64,000 nt of DNA from an uncultured virus (IMG/VR IMGVR_UViG_3300008117_000258) (IMGVR_UViG_3300008117_000258); one strand, 5' to 3'. Positions 40,605 to 48,939 are shown, numbered from the stretch's first letter. Numbers and translations: made by a program. The notes: generated from the letters alone by a model not told the origin.

Positions 40605-40915
40605 TGGCAAGAAAAAAAGAAGTAGACCTAACAGTTGTTGATCCTACCACAGGAGAAGAAGTTCTTGGTTCATCAGCAGTAACAAATCTTTGGAATATTT
40701 TTCTGAGAATTGTTGCAGTATTTGCAGCATCAGGACTATCAGTCATTGGTGCAGGTGCAGTGGTTGGTATTTCTACAGTTACAGCAGTAACAATGGCGGG
40801 ATTGCTAGGAGTAGCAACTGTCGTTGAAAGACTAGCAAGATCATTCCTAGATGATGGAAAATTAAGTGCTGCAGAAATCAATGCTGCATTTTCTAAAGTA
40901 GATAAGCAGTCATAA
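40604..40915 (+). CDS. Membrane protein (holin-like topology)
   Basis: Two hydrophobic helices, C-terminal DDGKLSAAEI; AGGAGG RBS. Confidence 0.65.
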   Translation: MARKKEVDLTVVDPTTGEEVLGSSAVTNLWNIFLRIVAVFAASGLSVIGAGAVVGISTVTAVTMAGLLGVATVVERLARSFLDDGKLSAAEINAAFSKVDKQS

Positions 40916-40925
40916 TATAAACTCT

Positions 40926-40981
40926 TTGACAACCCCTTTTAAAACTGATATACTTTAAATATAAAAGTTTTAAGAGGGGTT
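40926..40981 (+). promoter_or_regulatory. Promoter embedded in a 16-bp inverted repeat that covers the RBS
   Basis: TTGACA-17-TATACT (40926-40954); arms 40931-40946 and 40966-40981 match 15/16. Confidence 0.75.
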
Positions 40982-40982
40982 T

Positions 40983-41732
40983 ATGAGTAAAAAAAACACA
41001 ATTACTGTTTACTGGGCACCAGTCTTTGAGCCTGAACTAATAAATGAAGAAGACATTAAGTCCTTTTACTTAAAGCCAGAAACCTTAATGTATGAATTAG
41101 CAAAAGATAAAAGTAAAGATATGGGTCAAAATGGTCATTTTTTTACCTGCCCTGCTTCAAGTAATTATTTTAAAAATACCCATGTGTTTAAAAGTCCAGT
41201 TAGCATAAATTATTTTTATGATTTTACTGATGAAAAAAATCCAATTATTAATTCAGTTTTAGACAAACAGCCACAACTTCAGTTAATGAGACCTCCAACA
41301 CTAAAGAATAAGCCAGTTCTTTTTCTTAAAATGGGGTTTATATTTTTTTCTGAAGAAACAATAGATTTAACTTTTACTCCTCCATTTTTAACAGAACCCA
41401 AATACACAAAATTTGGAACTGTTATTTCAGGATCCTTTGATGTTTCAAAATGGTTTAGGCCTTATACCCTTGAGGTACAAATGTGGAAGCCAAAAGGAAA
41501 CTTAGTTATTGAAAAAAATGAACCACTGTTTTATCTTACAACAGAAACAAACAAAAGTATTGATTTAATTGGATTTAAATTAAATGATAGATTATTTAAA
41601 TATATGGCAGACTGTGTTTCCGCACCAGAATGGCAAGGAAAAAATCTTCCTTTGTCGGATCGCTATGAGGTTTTTAAAAAATTAAAGATGGATAAGTTAA
41701 TATTATCTGAAATAAAAAATAATTTGATATAG
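40983..41732 (+). CDS. Phage accessory protein, DUF6065-like/dUTPase-fold family (diverged)
   Basis: FFTCPA, ISGSFDVSKWFRP, IEKNEPLFY motifs; distant similarity to 51566 and 58957 genes. Confidence 0.55.
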   Translation: MSKKNTITVYWAPVFEPELINEEDIKSFYLKPETLMYELAKDKSKDMGQNGHFFTCPASSNYFKNTHVFKSPVSINYFYDFTDEKNPIINSVLDKQPQLQLMRPPTLKNKPVLFLKMGFIFFSEETIDLTFTPPFLTEPKYTKFGTVISGSFDVSKWFRPYTLEVQMWKPKGNLVIEKNEPLFYLTTETNKSIDLIGFKLNDRLFKYMADCVSAPEWQGKNLPLSDRYEVFKKLKMDKLILSEIKNNLI

Positions 41733-41782
41733 TTGAATTTGTCAGTTCAATGATGTATAATTGATGTAAGAGGGGTGGAGCA

Positions 41783-42313
41783 ATGACTTGTATTGCAGTT
41801 GTTCGTGATGAAATAAATAATAAGGTTTACATGGCTGGTGATCGTGGTGCATCTGACGATGGAACAATTTTAGCATTGTCTAGTCCAAAAGTTTGGAAAC
41901 TAGGACCTTATTTAATTGGTTATGCAGGCGCTATGGATGGTGAGCGTATTCGTTATAATTTTAATCCTTATGTTCCAGACATTAAAGACACTGACAAATT
42001 TATGCAAACTAAATTTATAAAACAACTTAAAAATTTTTATAATGATTTTTGGGTAGATACATCTAAAGATGGAGACCTTGGTTTAATTATTGCAGTTCGT
42101 GGAAATATATATGAGCATAGTTCTGCAGATATGTCTTTATCTAAATATACCTTGCCGTATTTGGCTATGGGTTCAGGTGCAGAATATGCCTATGGATATT
42201 TAAATGCTACAGAAAAAACAAAAGATGCAAGAAAACGAGTAGTGGGCGCTGTAAATTCAGCAATTAAATTTAGCCCATCATGCATGGGTCCAGTTGACGT
42301 TGTGAGTGTTTAG
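41783..42313 (+). CDS. HslV/proteasome-beta-like Ntn protease
   Basis: N-terminal Thr (M-TCI), AGD, PKV, GSG motifs. Confidence 0.8.
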   Translation: MTCIAVVRDEINNKVYMAGDRGASDDGTILALSSPKVWKLGPYLIGYAGAMDGERIRYNFNPYVPDIKDTDKFMQTKFIKQLKNFYNDFWVDTSKDGDLGLIIAVRGNIYEHSSADMSLSKYTLPYLAMGSGAEYAYGYLNATEKTKDARKRVVGAVNSAIKFSPSCMGPVDVVSV

Positions 42314-42322
42314 GGGTATACT
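42294..42322 (+). promoter_or_regulatory. Leaderless promoter
   Basis: TTGACG-17-TATACT, 6 nt, ATG 42329. Confidence 0.75.
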
Positions 42323-42328
42323 TATAAT

Positions 42329-42535
42329 ATGAATCATTCACACGAAGAAGATTTATCTCCAGAAGAACAAGAGTTTGGTATCTGGCTTGAAAACGGTATT
42401 GAAAGAGGTTGGGTAACACCGCCATACTGCAATACTCATGATGGTGGATACGAATACATGGGGGAAGAAGAGCAAGAGGAATGGGAAGCAGGTGGCGACC
42501 CATGCCAACATGTCGTCAGATTGATGATATCGTAA
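42329..42535 (+). CDS. Acidic hypothetical protein
   Basis: CNTHDG...GGDPCQH; leaderless start. Confidence 0.7.
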   Translation: MNHSHEEDLSPEEQEFGIWLENGIERGWVTPPYCNTHDGGYEYMGEEEQEEWEAGGDPCQHVVRLMIS

Positions 42536-42553
42536 AAACAGAAAAGGAATAAA

Positions 42554-43423
42554 ATGAAAAAGGTAGTGGGACTATTAGCAGTAATGCTTGGCTTTGTTGT
42601 AATTCAACCAGTTCAGGCAGCACCAACAGATACAATTGCAATTATTGATACAGCGATTGATTCTTCAAAAAATGCAAATGTAGTTTATGAAGTTTGCTTT
42701 ACACTAAAGACATGTCCAAATGGAACTTCTTTTCAAGAAGGAAAAGGTTCTGCTATGGTTAATGACTGGAAGGTAAAGGGCATTGATCACGGCTTCAATG
42801 TTTCACAGGCAGCAGTATTGGCAAATCCTTCTGTAAAGATTGTATTTATCCGTATTTCTGACATTAACGTTTATCCTACATTTAGTGCTATGCACAATGA
42901 TGGAAGATCTTTGTCACGTGCAATTGAGTGGGTATCAAATAATGCTGCAAAGTTTAACATTAAGGCAGTTTCAATTAGCCAGTCAAGAGTTAACTTCACT
43001 GCTGGAACTTGTCCAAAAGATTTAGTTTTTGAGTCAGCAGTAAAGAATCTTAATGCTCAAAACGTTGCAACATTTGTTGCTACAGGAAATGATTCAAGAA
43101 AGAATCAAGTAGGTTTTCCTGCATGTGTTGATGGAGTTGTAGGTGTTGGAGCACTTCGTCCAACTGTATCAACTAGACCTTACCCTGAGTCATCCTATAC
43201 AGCATTGGCAAACTATACAAATGTTGGTCCTGGACTAGACTTGGTTGCTAGAGGAGATGCAGATGTAAAGGCATATGGTGGATGGGATATTACAGTCACA
43301 GGAACATCAATTGCTACTCCAATTGCAGCATCCCTTGCTGTTGCAAAAAATGATTCAACAAATTGGAATGTGTTTATTTCTAGTTTGCCAAAGTCAGCGA
43401 ATTACCAGTACATTTCAAAGTAG
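42554..43423 (+). CDS. Secreted subtilisin-family (S8) serine protease
   Basis: Signal peptide ending VQA; IIDTA, DHG, ATGN, GTSIATP. Confidence 0.85.
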   Translation: MKKVVGLLAVMLGFVVIQPVQAAPTDTIAIIDTAIDSSKNANVVYEVCFTLKTCPNGTSFQEGKGSAMVNDWKVKGIDHGFNVSQAAVLANPSVKIVFIRISDINVYPTFSAMHNDGRSLSRAIEWVSNNAAKFNIKAVSISQSRVNFTAGTCPKDLVFESAVKNLNAQNVATFVATGNDSRKNQVGFPACVDGVVGVGALRPTVSTRPYPESSYTALANYTNVGPGLDLVARGDADVKAYGGWDITVTGTSIATPIAASLAVAKNDSTNWNVFISSLPKSANYQYISK

Positions 43424-43436
43424 TGTATAATAGGTA

Positions 43437-43490
43437 GTGCACCTGCCAAATGGGGGTGCACTAACTTATTCGCTTGAAAGGGGAATAAAA
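43437..43490 (+). promoter_or_regulatory. Structured hsp20 5' leader, ROSE-like RNA thermometer candidate
   Basis: Hairpin 43437-43461, then TTATTCGCTT/AGGGGAATAA hairpin 43466-43488 covering the SD; -10 TATAAT at 43426-43431. Confidence 0.6.
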
Positions 43491-43919
43491 ATGGTAACAC
43501 AATTCGCAATGGATCTATTTAATGATCCTTTTTTTATTGGCTTTAACAGAGAGTTAGGCCGTCTTAACAATGCACATAAGATCAATTCACAGTCATACCC
43601 TCCATATGATCTTCTAAAACTAGATGAAGATACATACAGGCTATCTATTGCGGTAGCAGGGTTTGGCAAAGATAATATTGATGTGTCAGTGGACAATGGA
43701 ACACTTATTATTAAGGGTGAAATTGTTGAAGTAACAGATGCTGAGATTGTTCACAAGGGAATTGCTGGTCGTAAGTTCACACGATCTTTTGCTCTTGGTG
43801 AATATATGGAAGTAACTGGGGCAGAAATGAAGGATGGTATGCTACATATTAATGTAGATCGTATTGTTCCTGAAGAAAAGAAGCCAAAAACTATTGATAT
43901 CAAAGTTGCTAAAAAGTAA
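43491..43919 (+). CDS. Small heat-shock protein (Hsp20/IbpA family)
   Basis: SYPPYDL, AVAGF, HKGIAGRKFTRSF, DGML, PEEKKPKTIDI; ATG 43491 after SD. Confidence 0.92.
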   Translation: MVTQFAMDLFNDPFFIGFNRELGRLNNAHKINSQSYPPYDLLKLDEDTYRLSIAVAGFGKDNIDVSVDNGTLIIKGEIVEVTDAEIVHKGIAGRKFTRSFALGEYMEVTGAEMKDGMLHINVDRIVPEEKKPKTIDIKVAKK

Positions 43920-43994
43920 TCTTTAGGATATAATAGTAATACAGAATCAATAAATTTTATTGATACAGCCTGGGTACGCTGATAAAACTGCCCA
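43906..43994 (+). promoter_or_regulatory. Endolysin promoter with perfect palindrome and H-type pseudoknot leader
   Basis: TTGCTA-17-TATAAT; ATCAATAAA-T-TTTATTGAT 43946-43964; CAGC/GCTG and TGGGTA/TGCCCA crossed stems 43966-43994. Confidence 0.55.
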
Positions 43995-44013
43995 TTTACT
44001 TGATGGAGGAATA

Positions 44014-44796
44014 ATGGCAGTAAAAGGTTCGGTAGAGGCAATCATTGAGGTTGCAAAGAAAGAAATTGGAACTATTGAAGGTCCAAAAGATAACGAAACA
44101 AAGTATGGCGCATGGATGAAAGTAAACTTCCAACCTTGGTGTCAGTCATTTGTTTCTTGGTGTGCAATGACAGCAGGGGTTGCAAAGTTCCCTAAGTCAG
44201 CATCAACAGTTGCAGCATCAGATCAGTTTAAGAAAGAAGGTCGTTGGGCAGATGCTCGTAATGACGATCCAACTCCAGGAGACTGGATTTATTTTGATTT
44301 TCCAGAAGATGGCGTAAATCGTATTTCACACGTAGGTCTTTGCATTAAGAACAATGGCGATGGAACTATCCAAGTTATTGAGGGAAACACTTCAGGAACT
44401 GCTAAGGGAGACCAACGCAATGGAGGAATGTGTGTTGAAAAGACTCGTGGTTATGTAAAGGATAATAAGAAGAAGTTGATGAATGCAGTTGTTGGTTGGG
44501 GTCGTCCAGTTTATGCTGGTGAAGAAAATGCACCATTGCTTTCAAAGCGTGATGCAGCACCTGCAGCAGCAACAACTTCTCCCGCAAAAAAGGCAGCACC
44601 TGCAGCATTTAAAACATTAAAGGTGGGATCAAAGGGGCAAGCAGTTAAGAATGTTCAAACACTTCTTGGTCTTAAGGCAGATGGTGATTTTGGTCCAGGT
44701 ACCGAAAAGGCTGTCAAAGCATTTCAAGCATCTAATAAGTTAAAGGTTGATGGCATTGTAGATGTTATTACTTTTAAGGCATTAAAGGCTAAGTAA
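44014..44796 (+). CDS. Endolysin: CHAP amidase + peptidoglycan-binding domain
   Basis: PWCQSFV, SHVG, IEGNT; LKVGSKG...ADGDFGPGTEKAVKAFQ...VDGIV; GGAGG RBS before ATG 44014. Confidence 0.9.
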   Translation: MAVKGSVEAIIEVAKKEIGTIEGPKDNETKYGAWMKVNFQPWCQSFVSWCAMTAGVAKFPKSASTVAASDQFKKEGRWADARNDDPTPGDWIYFDFPEDGVNRISHVGLCIKNNGDGTIQVIEGNTSGTAKGDQRNGGMCVEKTRGYVKDNKKKLMNAVVGWGRPVYAGEENAPLLSKRDAAPAAATTSPAKKAAPAAFKTLKVGSKGQAVKNVQTLLGLKADGDFGPGTEKAVKAFQASNKLKVDGIVDVITFKALKAK

Positions 44797-44798
44797 GT

Positions 44799-45374
44799 AT
44801 GGTTAACTCAAAAAATGAATTTTTATTGCCAAAAGATTTAGAAGGACCTGGCATATCTTCTTATCAAGGAATTTGGGCTGATTCAGAAGAAACTATTTTT
44901 CAATTAGAAAATTATTACAATCTGGATTCTTTTGCGTCTTTAAATGAAATGTCTAAAGATAGTGATTCAATAAACCAAATACTAAAAAGATATACAAAAA
45001 TACTTGAAATAACTGTTTTTGGGTATAATTTTCATTTTGGAGTTAATGAAGGATTTTATATAAACGAAGATTCTTTTGTTTTAAAGTTTGAAGATGGTGA
45101 AGAACGTCAACTTAGTTATGGTGGAGGCACACAAACTGGCAGATCAATGTGTGCAATTCTTTATTTAAATGATGATTATGATGGTGGAGAGATTGAATTT
45201 GTTAACCTTAATTTAAAAATTAATCCAAAAGCGGGAACACTTTTACTATTTCCAGCAAATTTTTTATATTCATATAAAGAAAATAAAGTAACAAATGGAA
45301 CTAAATATTCAATTGTTAACTTTATTCACGATAGACCAATTGACGAAATATCTAAGCAAGTTTTGGAACAATAA
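44799..45374 (+). CDS. 2OG-Fe(II) oxygenase-fold protein with degenerate metal ligands
   Basis: LYLNDDYDGGEIEF...PKAGTLLLFP...VTNGTKYSIV, but no HxD or distal His. Confidence 0.75.
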   Translation: MVNSKNEFLLPKDLEGPGISSYQGIWADSEETIFQLENYYNLDSFASLNEMSKDSDSINQILKRYTKILEITVFGYNFHFGVNEGFYINEDSFVLKFEDGEERQLSYGGGTQTGRSMCAILYLNDDYDGGEIEFVNLNLKINPKAGTLLLFPANFLYSYKENKVTNGTKYSIVNFIHDRPIDEISKQVLEQ

Positions 45375-45550
45375 TGCCTATATATGATTACAAATGCACA
45401 CAGTGCTCTAGTACTGTTGAATACAAAAGAGATTTTAGTGACAGCACTGAGCCTGTGTGTTGTAATCAAACAATGCAACGCCAATGGCAATCGCCAGGGG
45501 TACTTTTTAATGGTTCGGGATTTTATTCCACAGACAACAGAAAGAAGTAG
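45374..45550 (+). CDS. FmdB-like zinc-ribbon protein (58 aa; below ORF-track cutoff)
   Basis: Manual translation MPIYDYKCTQC...VLFNGSGFYSTDNRKK. Confidence 0.85.
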   Translation: MPIYDYKCTQCSSTVEYKRDFSDSTEPVCCNQTMQRQWQSPGVLFNGSGFYSTDNRKK

Positions 45551-45556
45551 TACAAT

Positions 45557-45787
45557 ATGAATACAATGATTGAACAAGAAGAGCAAGTATGGCTTTTAGA
45601 CGCAACAGATCGTTGTGATAGATGTTCTGCTCAAGCATACGTAAAGGTAATTGGAAACTCTGGCGAACTGCTATTTTGTAGTCATCATTACAACAAGGTA
45701 GTAGATAATGCTGTGGGATATGACAAAATCATGAAGTTTATGGTTGAAATAATTGATGAAAGAAAGAGACTAGAAAATGGGCAATAA
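45557..45787 (+). CDS. Small zinc-binding protein of actinobacterial type
   Basis: DRCDRCSAQAY...LLFCSHH. Confidence 0.75.
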   Translation: MNTMIEQEEQVWLLDATDRCDRCSAQAYVKVIGNSGELLFCSHHYNKVVDNAVGYDKIMKFMVEIIDERKRLENGQ

Positions 45788-45920
45788 TAAGCATCCATTT
45801 AATGCTACGCAAATTAAAGATGGCAGAATTGTTAAGTTAAGAAAAGATGGTCGCATTAAGGCTGACCTAGGTCCATATTATGCTAATCATAATAAGGTAA
45901 AACCAAAGAGAGTTGGCTAA
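45777..45920 (+). CDS. Small basic hypothetical protein (47 aa)
   Basis: Manual translation MGNNKHPFNATQIKDGRIVKLRKDG...; fills the operon gap. Confidence 0.55.
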   Translation: MGNNKHPFNATQIKDGRIVKLRKDGRIKADLGPYYANHNKVKPKRVG

Positions 45921-45924
45921 TCGT

Positions 45925-46332
45925 ATGTATGAATATTATGTTCGTAAAGTAGAGAATGTCGTAGATGGGGATACCATTGACGTTCTTATTGATCTGGGTT
46001 TTGATATCCTATTTGCATCTCGTGTAAGACTGGCTGGTATTGATACCCCTGAGTCTCGCACAAAGGATATTGCTGAGAAAGCACTTGGTCTTGAATCAAA
46101 AGAATATCTTAAGAAGCATTTAAAGGATGCAAAGTCTGTTATTATTAAAACTGAGAAGATGGACTCATCAGAAAAATATGGGCGTATTCTTGGTTGGCTT
46201 TATGTTAATGGAGACACAGAGTCTGTTAATGATAAGATGATTAATGATGGATATGCTTGGGGATATATGGGTGACACGAAAGTTAAAGACTTTGATGCAC
46301 TTGCTAAAGCCAGAAAGAAGTCTGGAAAATAA
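45925..46332 (+). CDS. Thermonuclease (SNase-like)
   Basis: VVDGDT, RVRLAGIDTPE, KYGRILG. Confidence 0.9.
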   Translation: MYEYYVRKVENVVDGDTIDVLIDLGFDILFASRVRLAGIDTPESRTKDIAEKALGLESKEYLKKHLKDAKSVIIKTEKMDSSEKYGRILGWLYVNGDTESVNDKMINDGYAWGYMGDTKVKDFDALAKARKKSGK

Positions 46333-46601
46333 TGAAACATGTAATGTATTTTACTGCTGAATGGTGTAATCCATGCAAAAGAATTAAGCCAATAGCGGAA
46401 GAACTAGAAAGAGAAGGTTTTGTTAATTTTCAAATAATTGATGCTGATGATAATCCAGAACTTTGTAAGAGTTTTGAAGTTCGTGGAGTGCCAACCTTTA
46501 TCGTTATTGAAGACGGAAAAGAAGTAAGAAGAGTTACTGGCGCACCTCCAACAAGAGAAGATTTTATTAACTTTATAGAGGGCAAAAATGGATCCAATTG
46601 A
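46332..46601 (+). CDS. Thioredoxin
   Basis: WCNPC active site, VRGVPTF. Confidence 0.9.
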   Translation: MKHVMYFTAEWCNPCKRIKPIAEELEREGFVNFQIIDADDNPELCKSFEVRGVPTFIVIEDGKEVRRVTGAPPTREDFINFIEGKNGSN

Positions 46602-46914
46602 TCAAACTATTGATGAATTAATCTTAAGTGGTGCAGTAGAGATTGCTGCAATTGACTCTATAACTGGAGAGCCTTTATATTCTTTTAGTCCTAAAATTAA
46701 AGAGGTAATGCCAAAATTATATGAGCAACACATGACAGAGGTAAACAGAGATATTATGGCATTATGGGAAAAGGGTTTTTTGAACATAGAAATGCTCACT
46801 GATAACCCATTGGTTACCCTTACAGATAAGGCTTTTATTAATGATGAGATCGTAAAAATACCAAAAGAACTTCAGTTAAGCCTCTCTGAAATTAAAAGAC
46901 TTTTGGTTAAGTAA
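46588..46914 (+). CDS. Hypothetical protein, paralog of 33132-33368
   Basis: LILSGAVEIAAIDSITGEPLYSFSPKIKEVMP. Confidence 0.7.
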   Translation: MDPIDQTIDELILSGAVEIAAIDSITGEPLYSFSPKIKEVMPKLYEQHMTEVNRDIMALWEKGFLNIEMLTDNPLVTLTDKAFINDEIVKIPKELQLSLSEIKRLLVK

Positions 46915-46948
46915 TCTGCTATAATCAGAGTAGACAATAGGAGGCATC

Positions 46949-47509
46949 ATGCCATATAAAGTAGGAGCAAAGGGTTCATACGGCTGTTCTGGCTACCCTG
47001 CAGTCAAAGATACTGGGGAAGTCATGGGATGCCACAAGACTAGAGCAGAGGCTGCTGGTCAAATTTATGCAATAAACCGTAGTGAGGGTAATATTGGCAA
47101 GGCAATGCCTAATCTTAAAGAAGGCGATTTTGCCATGACTGCACATGGTGGAGATGAAGAGTTTCACGTTGGGCAAGTAGTTCATGTCATGCGTGAAGGA
47201 ATGCTTGGAGTTCCTGGTGGAGAATATACTCTTGAAGCGACACCAGAAAATCCTGCTGTAATGATTCAATTATTTGAGCAAGAAGAAGAAGGATTTTGGG
47301 AAGCAACAAGACTATATACAGCATGCATGATGAGTTTGTATATTCCAATTGATCCACTCCCAATGGAGCCAGAGATGTCAATTGAAGATATGCCTAACAT
47401 GAATGCACAACCAGACTTAATGGATGCATATGATGCGTCAATTGGAAAAAATGTTTACAAAACCGTATGGGGCGGAACAATTTTTGATTTGAGTCAGTTT
47501 ACAAAATAA
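46949..47509 (+). CDS. Two-domain hypothetical protein, possibly virion-associated
   Basis: GCHKTRAEAAGQIYAI domain plus SH3/Tudor-like LKEGDF...; TGCTATAAT promoter and AGGAGG RBS. Confidence 0.6.
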   Translation: MPYKVGAKGSYGCSGYPAVKDTGEVMGCHKTRAEAAGQIYAINRSEGNIGKAMPNLKEGDFAMTAHGGDEEFHVGQVVHVMREGMLGVPGGEYTLEATPENPAVMIQLFEQEEEGFWEATRLYTACMMSLYIPIDPLPMEPEMSIEDMPNMNAQPDLMDAYDASIGKNVYKTVWGGTIFDLSQFTK

Positions 47510-47523
47510 AAAAGGGGTAGAGT

Positions 47524-47682
47524 ATGAATGATTTAACAATTGAAGAACTTAAGCAATTGGTTGTTTTTTATAAGCAAAAAAGTTCGGATCTTGAGTTTGA
47601 ACTTTTGAAAACACAACTAATGATTAATAGGGCAGTTACAACTAAAGTTCAACCAGAACCAAAAAACAAAAAGTCTGAATAA
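47524..47682 (+). CDS. Small coiled-coil protein (52 aa)
   Basis: Manual translation MNDLTIEELKQLVVFYKQK...; RBS. Confidence 0.6.
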   Translation: MNDLTIEELKQLVVFYKQKSSDLEFELLKTQLMINRAVTTKVQPEPKNKKSE

Positions 47683-47693
47683 AAGGTCATGAT

Positions 47694-48113
47694 GTGCAAT
47701 ATTTTTTGCTTGTACTATTGACATTGTGCCTTAGTTCCTATATAATTTATAGAGGAAGAAAAGTAAAAATTTTTCCAGGTATAGTATATAGCCAAAGCAG
47801 TATACATATCATGATAAAAAACTTTCTTCCAAAAAATTTATACGAAAGGCCTATGCAAAAGTCTCAAGCATTAAAACATGCAGAGAAAAACAGTGTAAAG
47901 GTAATTTTCATAGAGGGGAAAGCATATTGGGTAAGCAATAATATATTTTATTGTGCAGAAGCAATTGGTGGAAATGTAAATATAGATACAACAGAACCAG
48001 TTGATACAAACAATATGTCAAAAAGAGATATTGATAAGATGTTGTTTATATTGGACAACTTAAAGAATGGAAATGATGATGATAGTAGTAGTGCAGGGAA
48101 CAAAAGAATTTAA
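47694..48113 (+). CDS. Membrane-anchored hypothetical protein
   Basis: N-terminal hydrophobic helix; contains internal TTGACA-17-TATAAT at 47718-47746. Confidence 0.6.
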   Translation: MQYFLLVLLTLCLSSYIIYRGRKVKIFPGIVYSQSSIHIMIKNFLPKNLYERPMQKSQALKHAEKNSVKVIFIEGKAYWVSNNIFYCAEAIGGNVNIDTTEPVDTNNMSKRDIDKMLFILDNLKNGNDDDSSSAGNKRI

Positions 48114-48429
48114 CGATTACCAGGTTTTTCTTCGTGCAATGGGAGTCGCTATGTCTGCTATGCAAGAAGAAGACAAAGAATTTTTAATATATTCTGTTGG
48201 TCCTGCAAAAATTAACTCAATGGTTTCAGAATTTTCTAATCTTTCTGAAAGAGGAATGAAGTCAAGAGGAAAAAAGATTAAATTTTTTAAGGTTCCTCCT
48301 TCTTATGTTGAAGAAAACATTGATTATGTAAATCATCTAGCATTTTTAAGCAAGCCAAAAGAACCACTTTCAAAGTTAGTCGCATTAGCCGAACTCAAAA
48401 ATATTGAAGTCGGAATTTACAGATACTAA
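48067..48429 (+). CDS. Hypothetical protein, possible SLOG/YspA-like fold
   Basis: IVVVQGTKEFNDY N-terminal motif; exact start among several ATGs uncertain. Confidence 0.5.
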   Translation: MEMMMIVVVQGTKEFNDYQVFLRAMGVAMSAMQEEDKEFLIYSVGPAKINSMVSEFSNLSERGMKSRGKKIKFFKVPPSYVEENIDYVNHLAFLSKPKEPLSKLVALAELKNIEVGIYRY

Positions 48430-48438
48430 GGATATAAA

Positions 48439-48648
48439 ATGATTATAAATAAATTAGAAACAATGGAAGCAATTGTCAAGAAGAATCGTAATCTTCGCTG
48501 GGATGGATGGAACGTAATGGATCTTAAGAAAACAGACATTGCCAGAACATCTCCTCAAGGAATTAGAATTAATGGTGAATGGTACCTAAACAAAGTTTAT
48601 GTATTAAATAGTAATGGCTGGGATATTCCGAATAAATACAAGGAGTAA
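48439..48648 (+). CDS. Hypothetical protein
   Basis: ORF with RBS in operon; LRWDGW motif. Confidence 0.65.
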   Translation: MIINKLETMEAIVKKNRNLRWDGWNVMDLKKTDIARTSPQGIRINGEWYLNKVYVLNSNGWDIPNKYKE

Positions 48649-48651
48649 CTA

Positions 48652-48939
48652 GTGAAGCAGCATTTATGGAAAGATGAAGCCAAGTGTCTTGGTTTAGAGA
48701 CTAATTTATATTTTGATAAATATGAAGATGATATTGATTTAAGATTTAACATAGATAATTTTTGTGAGTCCTGTCCAGTTGCAAAAATATGTTTTGCTAA
48801 TGGTGTATCTGGCAAAGAGTGGGGTGTTTGGGGTGGTGTATACTTAGAAGGTGGAGAAATCTCTAGGGAGTTCAACAAACACAAGACAAAAGAAAAATGG
48901 GGTGAGGTGTGGAAATCTCTGACAACGGAAATGAATTAA
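48652..48939 (+). CDS. whiB: WhiB-family transcription factor
   Basis: Four Cys (C...CESCPV..C) and GVWGG turn. Confidence 0.9.
   Translation: MKQHLWKDEAKCLGLETNLYFDKYEDDIDLRFNIDNFCESCPVAKICFANGVSGKEWGVWGGVYLEGGEISREFNKHKTKEKWGEVWKSLTTEMN

Noticed and set aside
43437..44013. Longer upstream starts given by the ORF track for hsp20 (43437) and endolysin (43960)
   Set aside because: SD-preceded ATGs at 43491 and 44014 fit the protein families; the extensions are structured leaders
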